From a bacterium (GTDB lineage Bacteria > Patescibacteriota > Minisyncoccia > Phycocordibacterales > UBA5272): DNA of 56,805 nt. A program made the position numbers and the translations under genes. The stretch's first letter is position 1; every line of letters starts with the position of its first letter. The stretch is from contig JAYVAE010000040.1 of assembly GCA_043751115.1 (NCBI GenBank), positions 1 through 56,805 on the forward strand, in the 5' to 3' direction. This document shows, piece after piece, positions 52,650-56,805 of this stretch. The notes below the pieces were generated by a model. It was not told the DNA's origin and searched no databases. It saw only the letters and a program-made list of their open reading frames with translations.

Positions 52650-55025
52650 ATGAAAAGTAAAAAGAAAAAAATTATTGTTCTTCTTGACTCACATGCCATA
52701 CTACACCGCGCTTATCATGCGATGAGTAACTTTAGCACGAAGGACGGAAGACCAACGGGGGCGCTTTACGGATTTGTGTCCATGGTCATAAGGATGAATG
52801 AAATGTTTAGACCAGAGCATATTGTCGCTTGTTTTGACCTCGCAAAGCCGACTTTCCGACATATTGCTTATGTTGGATATAAGGGGACGCGCTCAAAGAC
52901 CGAAGACGCGCTTATCATTCAAATAAAAGAAGCAGAGAGAGTGGCTCGCGAGCTCTCTTTACCTGTGTACTGTCATGAAGGGTATGAGGCAGATGATATG
53001 CTCGGAACTATTTGTGAGCAAATGAAGGATAATAAAGAGTATGAAATCATTATTGCAAGCGGTGATATGGATACGTTACAACTGGTGAGTGATGGAAAGG
53101 TGTCAGTATACACACTAAGAAAAGCAAATGAAGGGAAGGTATTCCATGAGGCAGATGTTTTTGAAAAGTATGCACTCACACCAGAGCAAATCAAAGACTA
53201 TAAAGGTCTAGCAGGGGATCCGTCAGACAATATTATTGGCGTACCTGGCATTGGCGAGAAGACGGCGACAGCTCTTCTCAAAGAATACGTTTCTCTTGAA
53301 AATCTTTACAAAGTTCTTAAAAAAGATGCAAATGATTTGCAGGAAAAAGGATTCAAAGAAAGAGTGGTGAGTCTCCTCAAAGAGTATGAAGAAGAGGCAC
53401 TCTTTTCTAAGACACTCGCAACCATACATAGAACTGCCCCTATAATTTTTACTCTACCTGAAAAGAAGTGGGAAGAGTCTCTCGTGAAAGATAAATTTGA
53501 CGCACTCTGTGATGAGTTTGAGTTTAAACAATTGAAAGGGAAGCTTCGCATCATACATGAAAGTAATGGTGGAGTGCCCTGTTCGCAGGATGAGGAAGTA
53601 GAAGAAGTACCGGCCCAAACTTTGCCGCCGGAAGAGTTTGAGGAGCTGAAAGTCATGGCGCATCTTCTTTCAAGTGAAGACACCAATCCAAGCGAAGAAA
53701 AGATACGGACAATATCTGGAAAGAGTGAGTATGAGGAAATGAAGGATGCACTTCTCAATAAGTTAGGAGAAGAAAATCTTTTGTCACTCTATGAAGAAGT
53801 AGAAAGACCCATTTCAAAAATTGTTATCGTTATGGAAGAGAAGGGCATTAAGCTCGATACTGATTTTCTTAAAAAATTAAGCGTGGAACTTCACAAAGAG
53901 CTTACCTCTCTTGAGAAAGATATACATCAAGAGGCAGGCGAAAAATTCACCATTAACTCACCAAAACAGCTTGGGAAAATTCTCTATGAAAAGTTAGGTC
54001 TTGGAATAAAGATCAAGAAAACGAAGACAGGTAATCTTTCTACTAATGCAGAACAGCTCGAATCGATGGTAGAGGAGCACTCAATCATACCTCACATACT
54101 GAGGTATAGAGAGCTTTCAAAACTTCTATCGACATACATAGACTCGCTCCCGACCTATGTGAAAGAAGACGGGAGAATACATGCACACTTTGTGCAGACT
54201 GGTGCAGGCACAGGGAGATTTTCCTGCGAGGATCCGAATCTACAAAACTTGCCGGTAAAGACAGAGCTTGGTAAAAAAGTGAGAGAAGCGTTTATTGCCG
54301 AGAAAGGTAAATTACTTATCTCTTGTGACTACGCTCAAATAGATCTTCGTAGTGCAGCGATACTTTCTGGCGATAAAGAGCTGATACACATATTTCAGGA
54401 AGGAATAGATGTGCATACCGGCACTGCCATGAAAATGTTTCACGTAGAAAAAGAAGGTGTGACAGATTTGATGAGAAGAAGAGCCAAGGCAATTAACTTC
54501 GGCATACTTTATGGCATGGGAGTGACCGCGCTCAAAGAAGGGTTAAAAGTAGAAAGGAAAGAAGCGCAAGAGTATTTCGATAGTTATAAGAAAACCTTTG
54601 CTCGCCTCACCGAATACCTTGAAGAGATAAAGGCATTCGCCTTTTCAAAAGGTTACACGGAGACACTTCTTAAAAGAAGAAGGCAGATATCACTTCTTAA
54701 GAGCCCGCTTTCATTCCTGCGCGCGCAGGGGGAGCGTATTGCTATTAATGCTCCGATACAAGGAACGAGCGCGGATATACTAAAGCTTGCGATGATAGAT
54801 GCGTATGAATATGTGAAGGAAATAAATAAAGAAAAGGGTGAGGGGACGCTTGAGCTTCTTCTTCAAATACATGATGAGCTTGTTTTTGAAGTAAAAGAAG
54901 AATACGCAAATGAGTGTAGCGAAAACATAGCAAAGATACTTGAGAAAGTTTTGGAAAAGAGGAGGCTTTCTGACCTTCCGCTTGTTGTCAGTAAAACTAC
55001 CGGCCCTAATTTGAAAAGTCTATAA
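52650..55025 (+). CDS. polA: DNA polymerase I
   Basis: 5' nuclease N-terminus (LLDSHAILHRAYHA, GDPSDNIIGVPGIGEKTA). Polymerase motifs CDYAQIDLR, RRRAKAINFGILYG and QIHDELVFE. 791 aa with a short central region. Confidence 0.92.
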   Translation: MKSKKKKIIVLLDSHAILHRAYHAMSNFSTKDGRPTGALYGFVSMVIRMNEMFRPEHIVACFDLAKPTFRHIAYVGYKGTRSKTEDALIIQIKEAERVARELSLPVYCHEGYEADDMLGTICEQMKDNKEYEIIIASGDMDTLQLVSDGKVSVYTLRKANEGKVFHEADVFEKYALTPEQIKDYKGLAGDPSDNIIGVPGIGEKTATALLKEYVSLENLYKVLKKDANDLQEKGFKERVVSLLKEYEEEALFSKTLATIHRTAPIIFTLPEKKWEESLVKDKFDALCDEFEFKQLKGKLRIIHESNGGVPCSQDEEVEEVPAQTLPPEEFEELKVMAHLLSSEDTNPSEEKIRTISGKSEYEEMKDALLNKLGEENLLSLYEEVERPISKIVIVMEEKGIKLDTDFLKKLSVELHKELTSLEKDIHQEAGEKFTINSPKQLGKILYEKLGLGIKIKKTKTGNLSTNAEQLESMVEEHSIIPHILRYRELSKLLSTYIDSLPTYVKEDGRIHAHFVQTGAGTGRFSCEDPNLQNLPVKTELGKKVREAFIAEKGKLLISCDYAQIDLRSAAILSGDKELIHIFQEGIDVHTGTAMKMFHVEKEGVTDLMRRRAKAINFGILYGMGVTALKEGLKVERKEAQEYFDSYKKTFARLTEYLEEIKAFAFSKGYTETLLKRRRQISLLKSPLSFLRAQGERIAINAPIQGTSADILKLAMIDAYEYVKEINKEKGEGTLELLLQIHDELVFEVKEEYANECSENIAKILEKVLEKRRLSDLPLVVSKTTGPNLKSL

Positions 55026-55036
55026 CGTATGAATAT

Positions 55037-55672
55037 ATGATAGTTGGAATATATGGAAAAGATGTGAGTATTCGAATGAATGCATTAACCTATATAAAAA
55101 GTTTGGGCGAAGTAAGCGCTTATATTTATGGAGGGAGGGATGGCAAAGAAGAGCTCAAAAAGTATGCCGGTAGCACTTCACTTTTTAGCGAGGTGCTCGT
55201 TTTTAGATCTGAAAATATAGTAAGTGAGATGGAGGATGAAGAAGAAAAAGAGGCGCTCCTTACTTTGTGTGCTGCGTCCGCACATTACATTATTTTTGAT
55301 GAAATGGAAGAAGACAAAGACATCAAAAAACTCCTCGAAAAACATAGTGATCACTTTTTTGATGGAACGAGTGAGAAGAAGCAGAGAGAGTTTCCAAGCG
55401 CGCTTTGTAACGCATTAAAGAGAAGAGACAAGAAGAGTGCGTGGGTAGAGTATTTGAAAGTAAAAGATGATGGCGAGGCAGAGCTACTTCATGGTGCTTT
55501 GCTGTGGCAGATGAGGAAACTTTGGGAAGAGATCTTATCTGGGAAGACTCTACCGTACAGATGCGAAGAACTTGCAGAAAAAAATAGAGAGCTTGTGGTG
55601 ATGGTGCACGAGGCACATAGAGGGAAAGGAGAGCTGAGGGAGGAGATGGAGAGGTGGGTGCTATCGCTTTGA
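55037..55672 (+). CDS. Hypothetical protein
   Basis: 211-aa ORF starting 11 nt after polA. No motif recognised. Confidence 0.55.
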   Translation: MIVGIYGKDVSIRMNALTYIKSLGEVSAYIYGGRDGKEELKKYAGSTSLFSEVLVFRSENIVSEMEDEEEKEALLTLCAASAHYIIFDEMEEDKDIKKLLEKHSDHFFDGTSEKKQREFPSALCNALKRRDKKSAWVEYLKVKDDGEAELLHGALLWQMRKLWEEILSGKTLPYRCEELAEKNRELVVMVHEAHRGKGELREEMERWVLSL

Positions 55673-56116
55673 GATTTTCTTCGATTTTATTTTAAGGAAA
55701 ATACTTATAATTAAAGACTCGAGCACGAGAGCGGTTAAAGTTCCTAGTAGCAACATAAAGGCAATAACATCTGACCATTCCATATCACCAAACCACAGAG
55801 CTGAGATAGATATAATTGTTAACATCACGAGCCCTGCAGTTATAAAAATAACAAAACTAAAAAATTCTCTCTGTTTCCAAAAAAGCAAAGCCCAGACCAT
55901 CGGCAATGTCAGGATAAAGATAAGTAAGGCTATTGATAATTGCCACAAGTGAATTTGGGGTTCTATTGCAATGTATTTAACTATTGATCCGAATAATCCC
56001 TCGGGATCAGCTCCTCTGTTCAAACGGGATCCAGAAAAGATTTGAAGTAACAAAGATCCGAAGATGGTAGAAAGAACGATAGAAATATAATAAGTTAAAA
56101 AAGTTTTTATTTTCAT
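55661..56116 (-). CDS. Hypothetical polytopic membrane protein
   Basis: 151 aa from MKIKTFLTYYISIVLSTIF, with 4-5 hydrophobic segments. The upstream 19 codons in the ORF track lie inside repeat copy A and are rejected. Confidence 0.6.
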   Translation of the reverse strand: MKIKTFLTYYISIVLSTIFGSLLLQIFSGSRLNRGADPEGLFGSIVKYIAIEPQIHLWQLSIALLIFILTLPMVWALLFWKQREFFSFVIFITAGLVMLTIISISALWFGDMEWSDVIAFMLLLGTLTALVLESLIISIFLKIKSKKISKR

Positions 56117-56154
56117 AAGTATTGAGTTATGAAATTTAGTATAGCAAGTGGACA

Positions 56155-56253
56155 GGGATCGGTCACCAAACATATCTTTTTATTTTCGTCTAACGACTCA
56201 ATAAAAAGATTGTTTTGCGAAGTCACGTATGACACTCGCTTGCTAGCTCGCCC
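56155..56253 (+). repeat. 99-nt direct repeat, copy A
   Basis: GGGATCGGTCACCAAACATATC...CGCTTGCTAGCTCGCCC. About 6 mismatches against copy B. Confidence 0.9.
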
Positions 56254-56318
56254 ACTCGTGGTTTTGTAAAAGCGTTGAACCCAGCTTTTCCAAAACATCA
56301 CTGCGGCCGACACAAACG

Positions 56319-56344
56319 GAAAATCTCCCGCAGGGGAGATTTTC
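56319..56344 (+). terminator. 11-bp hairpin with T-rich tail between the two repeat copies
   Basis: GAAAATCTCCC-gcag-GGGAGATTTTC followed by TTTCACGTTTT. Confidence 0.5.
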
Positions 56345-56359
56345 TTTCACGTTTTGGGT

Positions 56360-56458
56360 GGGATCGGTCACCAAACATATCTTTTTTCTTTCGTCTCACG
56401 ACTCAGTAAAAAGACTGTTTCGCGAAGTCACGTATGACACTCGCTTGCTAGCTCGCCC
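56360..56458 (+). repeat. 99-nt direct repeat, copy B
   Basis: Same unit as 56155-56253. Its 3' part forms the left arm of a long imperfect palindrome whose right arm lies at about 56488-56548. Confidence 0.9.
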
Positions 56459-56741
56459 GTGATTGCCGACAACTTCTCATGGTGTTCGAAGTTGTAAACC
56501 GGCAATTCTTTCGATCCTGAGCTAGCAACGATGAGTGCCCACACGAACATCTTGGATGCTGTCTTGGACCTGACGCATGTGAAGCGGTTCACGTGCTCTG
56601 GGGATACAGCAGGGATCTTCGATAAGTAAATTTTTGTCGTCACAAAAATTTCTCGCCGACCGCTCCTCGTAGTTTTGTTTGCTAACAAAACTATACTCCG
56701 GACATTCGATCCCTGACGAAAGCCAAGCAGTTGGCTTTCTC

Positions 56742-56805
56742 TGGGGACACAGAAATACAGAAAGCCACATCTCACGATGTGGCTTTCTGTATTTCTGTGT
56801 CCCCA
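56742..56805. repeat. Perfect 30-bp-stem hairpin (4-nt loop) ending exactly at the window edge
   Basis: 56742-56771 (TGGGGACACAGAAATACAGAAAGCCACATC) is the exact reverse complement of 56776-56805. The loop is TCAC. Confidence 0.9.

Noticed and set aside
1-56805. Possible alternative genetic code (UGA recoding, as in some CPR lineages).
   Set aside because: Conserved genes terminate at TGA at the expected length (pgk at 2073-2075, hfq at 3834-3836), and all housekeeping ORFs are intact under the standard code.

Overview
The window is AT-rich (about 30-40% GC on hand-counted 60-nt lines), gene-dense, and reads with the standard code; TGA is used as a stop, for example at pgk and hfq. Gene content and style suggest a small-genome, probably monoderm bacterium of the Patescibacteria/CPR type, but that placement is inference only.

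The housekeeping backbone is: tpiA-pgk, xth, a Xer-type recombinase, rnhB, rpsO, comM, a LysM-M23 peptidase, a PcrA/UvrD helicase, rsmA, an lnt-like gene, the origin block yidC-rnpA-rpmH / dnaA-dnaN, a class A PBP, tyrS, ruvC-ruvB, a PilB/GspE ATPase, tsaE and polA.

Five things stand out:
1. A 13.7-kb single-strand module of eleven genes (18817-32482) looks like a stripped-down type IV secretion or conjugation apparatus. It has a TrbJ/VirB5-like protein, a giant TrbL/VirB6-like protein, a PrgI/VirB3-like protein, VirB4 split into two ORFs, and two membrane-anchored wall hydrolases. Five proteins in it have no recognisable family, and no coupling protein or relaxase is in view.
2. Six strongly GC-rich genes (52-63% GC on hand-counted lines) sit in the AT-rich backbone: hfq, a PEP-CTERM-like secreted protein, a half-size EamA-like permease, and a run of three secreted or Ala/Pro-rich proteins. 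Each is its own cassette with a TTGACA-N16/17-TAnnnT promoter, a 55-100 nt hairpin leader, a strong Shine-Dalgarno sequence and (for most of them) an own terminator. Native genes mostly have a TATACT box 6-12 nt from the ATG and no Shine-Dalgarno sequence.
3. An IS with perfect 21-bp inverted repeats is inserted in the dnaA-dnaN (putative oriC) spacer. Its transposase is frame-broken at an A7 run.
4. Several unexplained repeat and structured non-coding elements are present. A 175/216-nt element with 19-bp terminal inverted repeats occurs twice in inverted orientation, bracketing ruvC-ruvB-pilB. A GTCTTGGAC / GAGCTAGCAA motif family is dispersed across three loci. A hairpin-dense 650-nt region at the right edge ends in a perfect 30-bp-stem hairpin.
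5. A 901-aa surface protein carries eight 4-Cys modules encoded by near-identical DNA repeats.

I recognised no rRNA, tRNA or CRISPR array.
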